Source: an uncultured Acidimicrobiales bacterium (GTDB lineage Bacteria; Actinomycetota; Acidimicrobiia; Acidimicrobiales; VFJN01). Taken from it: DNA of 64,000 nt. The notes under the pieces are model-generated. The model had not been told where the DNA came from. It was given only the letters and a program-made list of their open reading frames with translations, and made no database searches. The stretch lies in NCBI GenBank assembly GCA_963735395.1, contig CAVTKV010000014.1, positions 788 to 64,787 on the forward strand. The letters run 5' to 3'. Made by a program: the position numbers and the translations under genes. How positions within the stretch are numbered: position 1 is the stretch's first letter; each line of letters opens with the position of its first letter. Shown here in pieces: positions 1 to 11,455 of the stretch.

Positions 1-413
1 ACGTGCCGGTCCTCGTCGTGGCTGTCCCCGTAGTACGGGAAGTGGCACGCGAGCACCGGTGTGCCCGCGACCTCGAGAGGCACGGCTCCCTGCCAGACAT
101 CGTCGAACCCGGCGGCGAGGTAGCGCACGACGGCGGCGTCGACACGGCTGCGGTGAGATGACCAGCACCGGTCGTGGTTGCCGGCGAGCAACACCTTGTG
201 ACCGTTCAGCCTGCGGGCGAGCGGCAGCGTCTCGGCGATGCGGCCCGTGGCGAAGTCGCCGAGCACGATCACGTCGTCGTCCGGCCCGACAGTCTCGTTC
301 CAGCGGTCGACCAGCGCGATGTTCATGGCCTCGACGTCGGCGAACGGACGGACGCAGTAGTCGATGATGTTGCGGTGGCCGAGGTGCAGGTCGGCCGTGA
401 AGAAGCGTGACAT
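1..413 (-). CDS. Calcineurin-like metallophosphoesterase (runs off the left edge)
   Basis: Manual translation from the ATG at 413 gives MSRFFTADLHLGHRNIIDYCVRPF...VIVLGDF...LLAGNHD...ACHFPYYGDSH, with the DxH, GD, GNHD and HxP motifs. Absent from the ORF track because its stop lies outside the window. Confidence 0.85.
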   Translation of the reverse strand, partial: MSRFFTADLHLGHRNIIDYCVRPFADVEAMNIALVDRWNETVGPDDDVIVLGDFATGRIAETLPLARRLNGHKVLLAGNHDRCWSSHRSRVDAAVVRYLAAGFDDVWQGAVPLEVAGTPVLACHFPYYGDSHDEDRH

Positions 414-974
414 CCCAGTGCTCTCCGTCCGGGCCGTCGACCGTGGGCGTCGGTCGGCCCCTGTGACATCTTGCGGCCTCAGCGGCCTCACCTGCCCGTG
501 CGTTTCGGGGGCTTCCGCCCTCGACCTCCTTGACACGGATGGCCCGCGGCCCGAACGTCTGAGCAGACGGACCGAGCGAGGGCGCATGTCGGAGTCATCG
601 ACAACAACATCAGCGAGGGCAACGTGATCGCGGTGATCGACCCCGGCGACTGGGCGTTCTCGTACACGGGCACGCTCACGGCGATGCCATAGGGACCAAT
701 CACGTGTTCGTCGGTTGCAATGACGCACCGGTGATCGACGTCGTTGCGGCGGACGGCACGGGAGATGGCGGCTTCGGCCAACGAACCGCTGGACCCATCG
801 TGTCGTCGGTCCGCATGAGCTGCGACAGGATCGACAGGTTCCACACCGGTTGGAGGGACGAACGTCGCTCGGCGCTCGCGGCGACGACCTGATCTTCACT
901 GCCGAGGGCAGCGTCTGGCGGCTCGCCGACGCGCTCGACGGCTGACGGCGACGACGGTCCTCGGCGGGGCTGCT

Positions 975-2645
975 GTGAGCGTCGTCGGCGCGCGCGTGTG
1001 CGGTGTGCCGTCGTGTGCCGCGCCCGATGACCAGTGGTGTCACGTCGCCCGAGTACCGTCGGTCGTGGCCCCTTCTACTGAGCTGCCGCTGAGGATCCGA
1101 GTGGACGCCGCACCGCTGAGCACGTCGACCTGGCCCGCGTTCGGGCTGGGAGCGCACGCCGTAGACGACCGGCTGCGCCTGTTCAGCTGGGCCACCGGGG
1201 AACACCGGTTCCTCTACCTCTGGATCCTGCGCGTGTTCGACAGGGCGCGGCAGGCCTACCAGGTCCGTCTCACGGTCGCCGAGGTCGCCCAGGCGTTGGA
1301 TGGCCTCGCCGACACCCACCCGGCTGTGCCGACGCCGCCCGACCTGGCCGCCAGCCTCGATGCCCTGGTCGACTGGGGCGTGCTCGACCGCAGCCAGGAG
1401 AGCGGGCGGGTCACGAGCATCGCCGAGTACCGCCGCCGCAACTCCGTCTACCAGCTCACCGAGCTGGGGTTCCTCGCCCACGGCGCCGTCGAGCGGGTGG
1501 TGTCCGCCCGACCCGACGACGCCCAGCTCCGGGCGATCGCCCTGGGGTCGATCCTCGAGGACCTCGACGCCCTGGCCACCGCCAACCGCGCCGGTGACGC
1601 CGTGCGCGTGCACCTGCTGCTCGACCGCCTCCACGGCGTGCTCACCGACCTGGCCGACCGGGCGGCCCGCTTCTACCTGATGATCGGCGAGCTGGCCCGG
1701 GTCGAGGAGGCCCGGCCCGAGGTGTTCCTGCGCCACAAGGACCTCCTCCTCTCGCACCTGCGCGAGTTCCACATCGAGCTGCAACGGCACGCGCCGTTGA
1801 TCGCCGCGGCCGTGGCCGACGTCCGCTCGTCCGGCGAGGACCTGCTGGTCGAGGCCGCGGCCTCGGCCGATCCCGCCCCGTTTGCGACGCCGGCCGAACG
1901 GGCAGCCCGCTGGCGCGACCACTGGCAACGGGCTCGTCGTGTGGTTCGTGGGTCGTGACGGCGAGCCCCCGACGGTCGAACGGCTGGACGCCCGTACCAC
2001 CGGCGCCATCGCCGACCTCGCCGCCCTGTTGCGCCAGGTCACCGAGGCCCGGCGGTCCGGTGTCAGCCGCGACGCCCAACTCCGTGACCTCGCCGCCTGG
2101 TGCTGGGCCACGGCGTCCGACGACGAGCTCGGCCGCCCTGTGGTCGGTGGCCGCCGGGTTTCGCTCGGCCCGGCACCTCTCGCTGGCGCCGGCCGACCCC
2201 GACGCCGTCCGCGCCGACCAGAGCTGGTGGACGGCGCCGCCGGTGCCCGTGTCGACCATGCTCCGCGAGCGGGGCCAGGCCCCAGGCCCCGGGCGCCCCG
2301 CACCCGTGCGCGAGGACCACCGCCGCCCGCGACGCGGCCCGGCGCCGCCAGGTCGCGCTCCGCCGCGCCGAGGCCGAGGCCGCCGTCGGCCTGGTCGGCG
2401 CCCGCTGGGCGACCTCACGCTCGACCACGACGAGGTCGCCCTGCTGCTGCGGCTGCTCGACCGGGCGCTGCAGAGCCGCAATGTCGTGTCAGGCCAGGTC
2501 GCGGCCACCGGCAGCGCCGCCGGCGTACGGCTGCGCCTGCGACCCGATCCGGCCGGCAGCATCGTGCGCACGGTCGACGGCACCCTCGCGCTCCCCGATG
2601 TCGCCATCGAGCTCGAGCCCGTGCAGAGCGGCGTCGCGGGCATGA
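975..2645 (+). CDS. jetA: Wadjet type II JetA-like protein (TIGR02677/DUF2397), frameshifted; start uncertain (possibly GTG 1101)
   Basis: LFSWATGEHRFLYLWILRVF, LDALVDWGVL...SIAEYRRRNSVYQLT, FLRHKDLLLSHLREF, SWWTAPPVPVSTMLRERG pieces in successive frames. The TGA at 2643-2645 overlaps the next ATG. Confidence 0.8.
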
Positions 2646-4175
2646 TCGCCGAGGGCGTGCGCGACACCGACCTCGGCGCCTACCAGCGCGCCGCGCCGCA
2701 CGATGCTCGTGCATCCGCTGGTCACCCGCACCCACCCGAACGCCGACGCGCTGGCGCTGGTGCGCCGGTACTCGGTCCCGCTCGCCCGAGACCTCGACGC
2801 CGTCGCCGGCTACCGACTCGAGCTGTCTCCCACATGCGCCCGGCTGGTCAAGCGGGTCGACCGTCTGGACCCCACCCAGGGCATCCAACTCCCCGGCAAG
2901 CGGCCGTTCGACCGCCGCCGCTACGCCTTCCTGAGCCTGGTGCTGGGCGCGCTCGGCCGGGCGGGCACCCAGGTCGCCCTCACCGAGCTGGCCGACGCCC
3001 TGCGCCGCCGCGTGGCCGAGATCGACGGGCTCGGGTTCGACCCCGACGAGTACCGCCACCGCCTCGCCTTCGTCGACGTGATGCTGTACCTCGAGCGCCT
3101 CGGCGTGCTCGCGCCGTTAGTCTCCGGTGTCACGTGGCTCAAGGATCCCGAGGCCGGTGACGCGCTCTACGACGTCGACCGCGACGCCGTCCACGCCGTG
3201 TTCGTGCCGCCGCGGGTGGTGCAGCACGTCGATTCCGTGACGGCGCTGCTGGCTGGCGAGATGTCGGCCAGCCGGGACGCCCGCCGCGCCGCTGCCCGCC
3301 AGCGGCTCGGTCGCCTGCTGCTGGAGCACCCGGTCGTCTACCTCGACGACCTGGCCGAGGCTGACCGCCTGTACCTGCGCAACCAGGCCCGCTCCCTGGC
3401 GGCCGACCTCGACCGGCTCACGGGCGGCCAGCTCGAACGCCGGGCCGAGGGTGTCGCGTTGGTCGACACCGCAGGCGGGTTCACCGACCGCCGCTTCCCC
3501 ACCGGGGGCACCCCGGCGCAGGTGGCCCTGCTGCTGGCGGATGCCATCTCCGACGCGGTGGGCGACAGCACGCAGCCCGACGACCGCGACGGGACGTGTC
3601 CCGGCGGCGCCGTCGGCCACGCCACGGTGCCCGGCTGGGTGGTGATCGTGGCCGAGCTGGCGGCGCGCCTCGACGGCGCGCGGCCGTGCGGGGTGGCCGA
3701 CCAGGATGCGACCGAGGTGTTGCCCTTGCGCGGAGGGTCGTCCGTCGACGGCGGGTGGCCCGCTGCCCCACGGCTCGGCCCCGGCGGCGAGACCCGCCAC
3801 GCGCCCCGGCCATCACCCGACGCACCCACCGACGGCGCCGCCACGCAACCCGCGCACTCGTACGCCGACACCGACGGCACCCACGCCGAGCCGCACGCGT
3901 TCCTGGCGAGCGGCCCCCTGCTCACCGACGCCTGGCTCAACGAGGTGATCGGCCGGCTCGTCGCCAGCCACGGCAAGGCCTTTGCCGGCGATCTGCGTGA
4001 CGACCCGGCCGCGTTGCGGGCGGCGGCCGTCGAGGTGCTGGTCGCCTTCGACCTGGTGCGACCGGTGCCCGGCGGCGTGGTCGCCCGCCCCGCCGTCAGC
4101 CGGTTCCGCAACGTGCGGGTCGACACCGCGCCGGGCCCGCAGCTCTCGCTCCTCGACGACGGAGTCCGATCATGA
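2642..4175 (+). CDS. jetB: Wadjet type II JetB-like protein (TIGR02678/DUF2398), one frameshift near 2700
   Basis: RPFDRRRYAFLSLVLGAL, RLLLEHPVVYLDDL...LYLRNQ, ERRAEGVALVD, FPTGGT, ARPAVSRF. ATGA overlaps at both ends. Confidence 0.8.
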
Positions 4176-7100
4176 CCGCCATGACGGCCACGCCTGCCCG
4201 TATGAAGCCCACCCGCGCCGGCATCGTCGGCTTGTGGGACTACACCGACCACACCTTCGCCTTCGCCGACGGGCGGCTGGTCCTACGCGGAGCCAACGGC
4301 TCGGGCAAGACCAAGGCGCTCGAGGTGCTGTTCCCGTTCGTGCTCGACGGCCGTCTCGACCCGCGCCGCCTGGATCCCTTCTCCGGCGAGAACCGCACCA
4401 TGAAGGAGAACCTGCTGTGGGGCCGCGATGGCGAGTCGGGCTACGGCTACGCGTGGGTCGAGTTCGGTGACGGCGACCGATTCGTGACGGTCGGGGTCGG
4501 TATGGTCGCCCGCCGCCACCAGCCCAGCCCCCAGCCGTGGTTCTTCGTGGCCGACGGCCGGGTCGGCGACGAGGTCGTCCTCGTCGAGCCGGACGGTCGG
4601 CCCCGCACGCGCACGCAGCTCCGTGACGCGCTGGGCGACGGGATCGTCGTCGAGCGCGCCCGCGACCACCGCGCACGGGTCGACGCCGCGCTGTTCGGCC
4701 TGGGGGTCGAGCGCTACGAGGCGATGCTCGACCTGGTGCTGACCCTGCGCCGGCCGATGCTGGCCAAGGATCTCGACCCCATGCTGCTGTCCGACACCCT
4801 GGCCCGCGGCCTCCGACCTCTCGACGACGACCTGCTCGAACAGGTCGCCCGCTCGTTCGACGACCTCGAGGCCGTCCAGCGCGACCTCGAACGACTCGCC
4901 GCGGCCGACGACGCCACCCAGTCGTTCCTCACCGACTACCGCAGCTACCTGCGCACCCAGGCCCGGGCGAGGGCCGACGCCGCCATCGAGGCCGACGCCG
5001 CCCACAGGGCTGCGGCCGATCGCCTCGCGCAGTCCCACGCCGCGCTCGACCAGGCCCGTGCAGACGAGGCGCTGGCCGAGGCCGAGGTCGTCGCCGCCCA
5101 CGACCAGCTGGCTCGCGGACGGTCGCGCCGCGACGCGCTGCGCGACAGCGAGGCCTTCCGCTCGGCGGCGCAGCTCGATCACCTGGCCCGCTCCGTGCGC
5201 GACCTCGAGGCCGCAGCCGACCGGGCACGGCGGGCCGCAACCCTGGCCGACCAGGCCGTGGCCGAGGCGACGGCGGCGCTCGACCGGGCGCAGCGCGCCG
5301 CCGGCGACGCACGTGCCGGCGTTTCGCGCCTGGCCCCCCGGGTCGCCGATGCCGCCACCGCGGCCGGCATCGACTGGCCGCCCGACGACCTGTCCGCGGC
5401 CACTGGCCCGGAGGGTGTCGGCGCTCGATCGGCATCGGGCGGGCGTGTGGCTCCGGCCGGGACTCCGGCCGCCGACGTCGACGAAGCGGACGGCGGCCAC
5501 CCGGACCGGCCCGACGAGCAGGAGCGGACGTTGCGGGACCACGTGCGCGCCCGCGTGGCCGCGCGACGTGCCGACATCGATGCCGTCCGCACCCGATTCG
5601 ACGCGGCCGACGACGCGGCCCGGGGGTTGGCGTTGGCCGAGCAGGCGGCGACCGCGGCCGACGAGGCGCGGGTGCGCGCGGCTGACGACCTGAGCACCGC
5701 CGACGCGGCACGTCGCGGACGTCCGGGCGCAGCTCTTGGCGGACGTCGCAGCGTGGGCGCCCGCACACGGCGACGTGGTGACTGACGACGACGTCGCGGC
5801 CGTGCGCACGGCGGTCGAGCGGTTCGGCGACGACGACAGCGCCAGCCCGGGCGACACGTGGCGCGACCGCGTCGAGCCCCGCCGGAACGAGGCCATCGCC
5901 CGGCGATCGTCGCTCGAGGACGAGGCGGGGCGCCTCGGCGAGCAGCGCGCCGCCCTCGACGCCCGCCGCGCGGCCATCGCCTCCGAGACCGACGACGCCC
6001 CGCCGCCGTTGCCGTGGCGCCGGACTGGGCCGCGACGGCCGGGCGGGTGCTCCGCTGTGGCGGCTGGTTCGGTTCGCCGACCACGTGAGCCCGGCCGACG
6101 CCGCCGGCACCGAGGCCGCGCTGGAGGCATCCGGCCTGCTCGACGCCTGGGTGTACCCGGACGGGCGTGTCGACACCGACGATCCGACCGATGCGTTCCT
6201 TATCCTCATCCTCGACCCGCACCGCACGGCCACGCTCGGCGCCACACTCGCGTCGGTGCTGGTACCCGAGGCACAGGACCAGGTGCCGATCGAACTGGTT
6301 GCCCGGTTGCTCGACGCCGTCGCCGTCGACGCCCCGCCAGCCCACGACGTTTCACCCGGCCGCGACGCTGCGCCCGACCGCGGCCTTTCGCCGGGTCTGG
6401 CGGCGGCTGGGGCCGCATCGTCGGTAGCGCCCGGGTCCACGGTGGTGGTCGGGGCCGACGGGCGCTACCGGCTCGGGCCGTTGACAGGCCGTCATCGGGT
6501 CGATGCCCCCCGTTACATCGGCGCCACCGCCCGGGCCGCCCACCGCGCCGCCCGGCTCGCCGCGCTCGACGACGAGCTCGCCGCGCTGGCGTGCGCAGGC
6601 CACGTCGACCGACGCGGAGCCTCGCCGCGGTCGAGGCGTGGCTGGCGGCGGCGACGGCAGCCACCGCGGCACTGCCCCCGGTCTCGCCTCTCGTGGACGC
6701 CCGCCGACGACGGGACCTGGCCGCCGGCCGCCTGCATGCGGCCCGGGCGCAGGCTGAGGCGGCGGTCGCCGCGGCCGAGGCCGCCCGCCGCGAGCTGAAC
6801 GACCGGCGTGCCGCGCTGCGACGCGAGGCCGTGCTGCGCGAGCTGTCCACGACCGCCGACGGGCTGCGCGACGTCGCCGCCGCGCTCGACCGCTTCGCCG
6901 ACGACGCCCGCGACCTCGCCGCCGCCCTCGGGCGGGCCACAGACCGGGCGGCCACGGTCGTCGACGCCGCCCGCCGGCGCACGGCGACCGAGCAGTCCGC
7001 TGCCGATGCCGACGCTCGAGCTGGTCGAGCGGACGCGCGACCACGATGCCCGCGTCGTCGAGCACGACACGCTGCGCGATCGCATCGGCGAGGCCGCGCA

Positions 7101-8523
7101 GGCGCTGCTCGCCGAGCTCGAGCAAGTCGAGCGCGCCATCTCCGAAGGCGAGGACGATGTCCGACGCCTCACCGACGCCGTGCAGGTCGCCGCCGCCCGG
7201 CGCGGGTCTGCCGAAGGTGAGGTGGGCGCCGCCGGCGAGGCGGTGACGGTCGCCCGGGGCGCTGGCCGAGGCGGCGACGGTCCGCCTGGCCGTGCTGCGC
7301 CGCCCCGACCTGGCCGCGCCCCTCGGGCTGACGGTCCCGGCGTCGCCGCCGGTCGTCGCGGCCACCACCGGCCATGCCGAACAGGCCGACGCGGCCACCA
7401 CCGGCCATGCCGAGCAGGCCGAACAGGCCGACGAGACCACCATCGACGCCAGAACGTCCGACGACGCGGCGTTCCTCACCGCGGTCGACGACCTGGTCAC
7501 AGGCATGTCGGCCACCGACGAGCGCCGCAAGGCGGCGCAGACTCGGGTGAACGCGCGGCCTCGAGTCGCTCGAGCACGCGCTCGGCGCCGGCTACCGGCC
7601 GGCATGGGATGTCGAGGACGACGTCATCGTGGTCACGGTCGGCGACGACCTGGGCGTTCGCTCGGTGGCGGCGTTCGCCGACAGCCTGTCGGAGCAGCGG
7701 GCCGACCAGGAGATCCTGTTGCATGCCCGCGAGCGTGCCCTCTTCGAGGACACGCTGCTGGCCGCCGTGTGCCGCCAGATCCACGAGCGCATCCAGTCCG
7801 ACCCGCGACCTCGTGGCCGCCATGGACGGCGAGATGCGGGCTCGGCGCTTGTCGTCGGGTCAGACCGTCGGGGTGTCGTGGCGTGCCACCGAAGCCGCCA
7901 CCCCCGAGTGGCGCACCGTGCACCGCCTGCTCGACGGCGACCCCGCCACTTCGGCCCGGACGAGCTCGAGACGATCCGTCGACACTTCGCCACCGAGATC
8001 ACCGCCGCACGCGCCGCCGACGCCGACGTCGCCTACCGCGAGCTGCTGCCGACGTCCTCGACTACCGGACATGGCGGCGGTTCGAGCTGGCCCTCGTCGA
8101 AGCGGACGGTCGCGAGGCGACCCTCACCCGCGCCCGCCATGCCCGCCTGTCCGGCGGCGAGAAGGCGGCGTCGCTGCACCTGCCGCTGTTCGCAGCCGCC
8201 CACGCGCATCTTCGCCGGCCGCGCAGCCGGCTGCCCCCGGCTGCTCGCGCTCGACGAGGCGTTCGCCGGCATCGACGACCAGGGCCGAGCCGAGCTGCTG
8301 TCGCTGACCGTCGCGTTCGACCTCGACCTCTTCATGACCGGCTACGACCTGTGGGCCACCCACCCGACGGTGCCGGCCGTCGCCCACCACGACCTGCTCG
8401 CACCTGCCCGACGAGCGTGCGGTGTCGTCGTTGCTCGTGCTCTGGAACGGGCGCGAGCTGGTCGAGGGCCCCGACGCGGACGACCAGCTCGCCCTGCTCC
8501 ACACGGGTTCACCGGAGGCCTAG
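4172..8523 (+). CDS. jetC: Wadjet type II JetC SMC-like ATPase (TIGR02680), multiply frameshifted
   Basis: Walker A GANGSGKT, long Ala/Arg/Asp coiled-coil, LDYRTW, signature LSGGEK, Walker B LLALDEAFAGID. Stop TAG at 8521-8523. Confidence 0.85.
7361..7431 (+). repeat. 33-bp tandem duplication inside jetC (ATTGHAEQADA x2)
   Basis: gccaccaccggccatgccgaacaggccgacgcg followed by gccaccaccggccatgccgagcaggccgaacaggccgac. Confidence 0.75.
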
Positions 8524-8526
8524 GGC

Positions 8527-9859
8527 GTGGCCGTGGGCGGGCTGCCCGACCGCCTGGCGGCTCCGGAGCTCGCGGCCCGTGTGGCAGCGGGCCCGGCGGG
8601 CGATGGCGGCGGCCGGCGACCGGTGGCCGACGGTGCGCATCTCGGTGCCGCTGGCCGACGACGACCAGCGGCACGCCCTCGGCGGACTCTTGGCCCGGGC
8701 GGTGCGCCCGGGGACGGCGACGGTCGGTGTGGCGCTGGGTGAGCTCGACACCGCTGGTGCGCAGGCCGGGCGACGGCTGGGACCTGCGCAGCGTCGTCGA
8801 GGTCATCGGCGGCCCGCTGCCCGACCGGCGCGCCGACGCGGCGCGGCGCGCGGCGACGGTCGAGCGTGCGCTCGGCGAGGCCCTCGCCGCCGGGCCACGC
8901 GCCTCCTGGTTCACGACCTGGCTCGACACCGTCGCCCGCGACGGCACCGTCGCCCGGCTCGCCGGCCGCGACGACGCCGCCTCGCTGCGACAGGCGGCGG
9001 GCATCCTCGCGGTGCTGCCGTTGGACGGGGAGCCCCTCCCGGCTGTCGCCGCCCGCCTCACCGACGACGGCGACACCAAGGCGCTGAGCACCGGTCCGCT
9101 CCCGGGCCTGGTGCTGAGCGGAGTGGCCGCCTGGCTGGGCGAACCACGGCCGCGAAGTGCGGCGGATCGCCGTGCGCTGTGGGAAGCGGTCGGGGTCGTA
9201 CCCGACGACCTCGCCAGCCAGGTGCTCGTGCTGAACATGCCCGCATCTCCCGGTGCGAGCTCCCCGGCACGGGCGCCGACGCCCACGGCGACGTGGGCTG
9301 CGAAGGCGGCGGGAGCGGTGTCCATCCCGGCAACGTGAGCGGCGGGTTGGCCGCATGGCTGGCGGATGCCGCGCGGGCGGGCGAGCCGATGCGCGTCACG
9401 CTGCACCAGCTCGTCCGGTGGCCGCCTCGCGCCGCATGGCGACCGGTCGGTCTTCGTGTGCGAGAACCCGGCGGTGCTGCGTTCCGCCGCCGCGCAGCTC
9501 GGCCCGGGCGTCGGCACCGCTGATCTGCACCGAGGGCCGCCCGTCGGTCGGCGGCCGCGCGGTTGATCGACTGCCTGGCGGGCGCGGGTTCGCTGCTGCG
9601 GGTGCGAGCCGACTTCGACTGGCCCGGCCTGCGCATCGCGGGCAGCCTGCTCGCCCGCCCTCACGCTCGGCCATGGCGATTCTCGGCCGGCGACTACGAC
9701 GCCGCCGTCCGCGCCCGGGTGGGTCGCGCCGCGGCGCCGCTGCGTGGCGCGGCGGCGTCGTCGCCGTGGGACCCGTCCCTGGCGGTGGCCATGGCCGCCG
9801 CCGGCGAGGTCGTGTACGAGGAGGAGCTCATCGACGACCTCGTCGCCGACCTGGCGTGA
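8527..9859 (+). CDS. jetD: Wadjet type II JetD Toprim-type nuclease (TIGR02679, DUF3323+DUF2399), frameshifted
   Basis: RRALWEAVGVVPDDLASQVLVLN, VFVCENPAVL, LICTEGRPS, RADFDWPGLRIA (DxD), SPWDPSLAVAM...VYEEELIDDLVADL. Confidence 0.85.
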
Positions 9860-9899
9860 CCGCCCGACGGCCCGTCGGCGCATGCGGTGAGCCCGGACT

Positions 9900-10209
9900 G
9901 ACTCGCCGACCACCCTCTCCGCGACTACGCCATCTCGCAGGACCTGTTCCACTGGGAGTCGCAGAGCACCACGAGCGACACCTCGCCCACCGGGCGGCGC
10001 TACATCAACCACCAGAGCGACGGCTCGCACGTGCTGCTGTTCGTGCGCGAGTACCGCACGTCCCGCTTCGGTAGACCATGCCGTACATGGCGCTCGGCCC
10101 GGCGACCTACGTGCAGCACGAGGGCAGCCGGCCGATGGCCATCACATGGCGGCTGCACACGCCGATGCCGGCGGAGCTGTTCGAGGACGCCCGGGTGGCG
10201 GCGGGGTAG
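9900..10209 (+). pseudogene. C-terminal remnant of a DUF3427-domain (helicase-associated) gene
   Basis: Manual translation: RDYAISQDLFHWESQSTTSDTSPTGRRYINHQSDGSHVLLFVRE...PYMALGPATYVQHEGSRPMAITWRLHTPMPAELFEDARVAAG*. There is no start codon and no upstream helicase portion. Confidence 0.75.
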
Positions 10210-10419
10210 CTCGGCGACCGGCAGAGGAACGCCGGGCCGCATCGCCCTCGCCATGATCGCGGTGGTCGGGTCGCGCAGGCGGTGCGGGTCACCCAGAGCA
10301 CGCCCCGACGTTTCGCACGCAGTCCTCGACCGTCCGGGCGCTGTCGCAGCCTCCGCCGTCCCGGCACACCGACGTGTCCCAAGAGGCTCCTGGCGGCACC
10401 GACACCTCGCCGACGCGGA

Positions 10420-11040
10420 TCACCTCGACCCCGGCAGGACCCGCGGGAGCAGCACTGCACCGGCTCGTGTCGCCATGTCGGGCTGTGAGAGGCGGCGGCG
10501 TGCCTCGTCGACCGTGAACAGTCGCCGGTCGAGACAGTCGCGGACGATCGTCTCGAGGTGTGCGAGGTCGACATCGGCAGCGATGTCGATCACCGTGCGG
10601 AGCGCCGTCGTGCAGGGGATTCCGGAAACCGTCGTCCGGTCGCTCGCCGGAATGTCGTCGTAGTGGACGATCGCCTCTTGGCCGCCGACCCACCGCCGCT
10701 CGATCAGGACACCGTCACGGTCGACCATCAGTGGCTCGCCCGCGTCATCGGAGTCATCGTCGTCGAGCTCGTCCTCGTCGGGCCCGTCTTCGTCGAAGCG
10801 GCAGTCGCAGGTCATCATCTGCCCGCGGCACAACGGGCACCGCTGCACGTCGCAGCCCGGATGGTGGTGTCCGCCGCGTGCTGCTCCGCAGTCGCCGCAG
10901 CGAAGACGAAACGCACGTCCGCCCGGCTCGGCCCCGTAGGCGATCATCTCGACGGGGCGGCCGTCGACGTGAAACGCGGCGACAGTGCACGAACTGGCGG
11001 TCGTCATCTCCTGCGCACACCAGTGACAGACCGCCATCAC
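10420..11040 (-). CDS. Hypothetical protein: Cys/His-rich N-terminal domain plus AbiEi-like C-terminal segment
   Basis: CHWC...CGDCG...HHHPGCDVQRCPLCRGQMMTCDC, an acidic linker, then VSGIPCTTALRTVIDIA. Confidence 0.6.
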   Translation of the reverse strand: MMAVCHWCAQEMTTASSCTVAAFHVDGRPVEMIAYGAEPGGRAFRLRCGDCGAARGGHHHPGCDVQRCPLCRGQMMTCDCRFDEDGPDEDELDDDDSDDAGEPLMVDRDGVLIERRWVGGQEAIVHYDDIPASDRTTVSGIPCTTALRTVIDIAADVDLAHLETIVRDCLDRRLFTVDEARRRLSQPDMATRAGAVLLPRVLPGSR

Positions 11041-11117
11041 ACAACCTCCGTCACGAGGCGGTGGGAGACGTTCCCGGTGACGATGCGCGAGCCGTCGGGT
11101 TCGGACAGGGCAGGCAT
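11037..11117 (-). CDS. Candidate 26-aa upstream ORF / leader peptide MPALSEPDGSRIVTGNVSHRLVTEVV
   Basis: Strong SD GAGGAGG 4 nt before the ATG. Its stop overlaps the start of the 10420-11040 gene (GTGATG). Confidence 0.4.
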   Translation of the reverse strand: MPALSEPDGSRIVTGNVSHRLVTEVV

Positions 11118-11120
11118 GGT

Positions 11121-11180
11121 GCCTCCTCGTGGATGAGGTGAACGGGCCTGCCGTTCACGGCAGACCCCACTCGAGGAAGC
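11121..11180 (-). promoter_or_regulatory. Candidate structured RNA leader sequestering the SD
   Basis: On the minus strand gcttcctcg pairs with cgaggaggc. Inside are the alternative hairpins ggtctgccg-tgaa-cggcaggcc and gtgaacgg...ccgttcac. Confidence 0.45.
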
Positions 11181-11455
11181 AGATGCTTCGAGCGATACCC
11201 CGGGGGCGGGCCACGTAGGAATGGGCGGCACCCCGAAGATCCGCACGCACATTACCCCGACTTCCGACACGCCGGCGCACGCGCCACTGGGCTTCGGATG
11301 CCTACCGAGGTGGCCACGTCCGGCATCACCTGCAAGGGCGGCCGTCGGCGCAACGTCGTGCAACGCCACCGCGCCTCAGCCCAGCTCCCAACGCACCGCG
11401 TGCAGCCGCCGGTAGAGCGGAAGGCACTCCTCGGCAACCGCCGCGGGCGGGCCCT

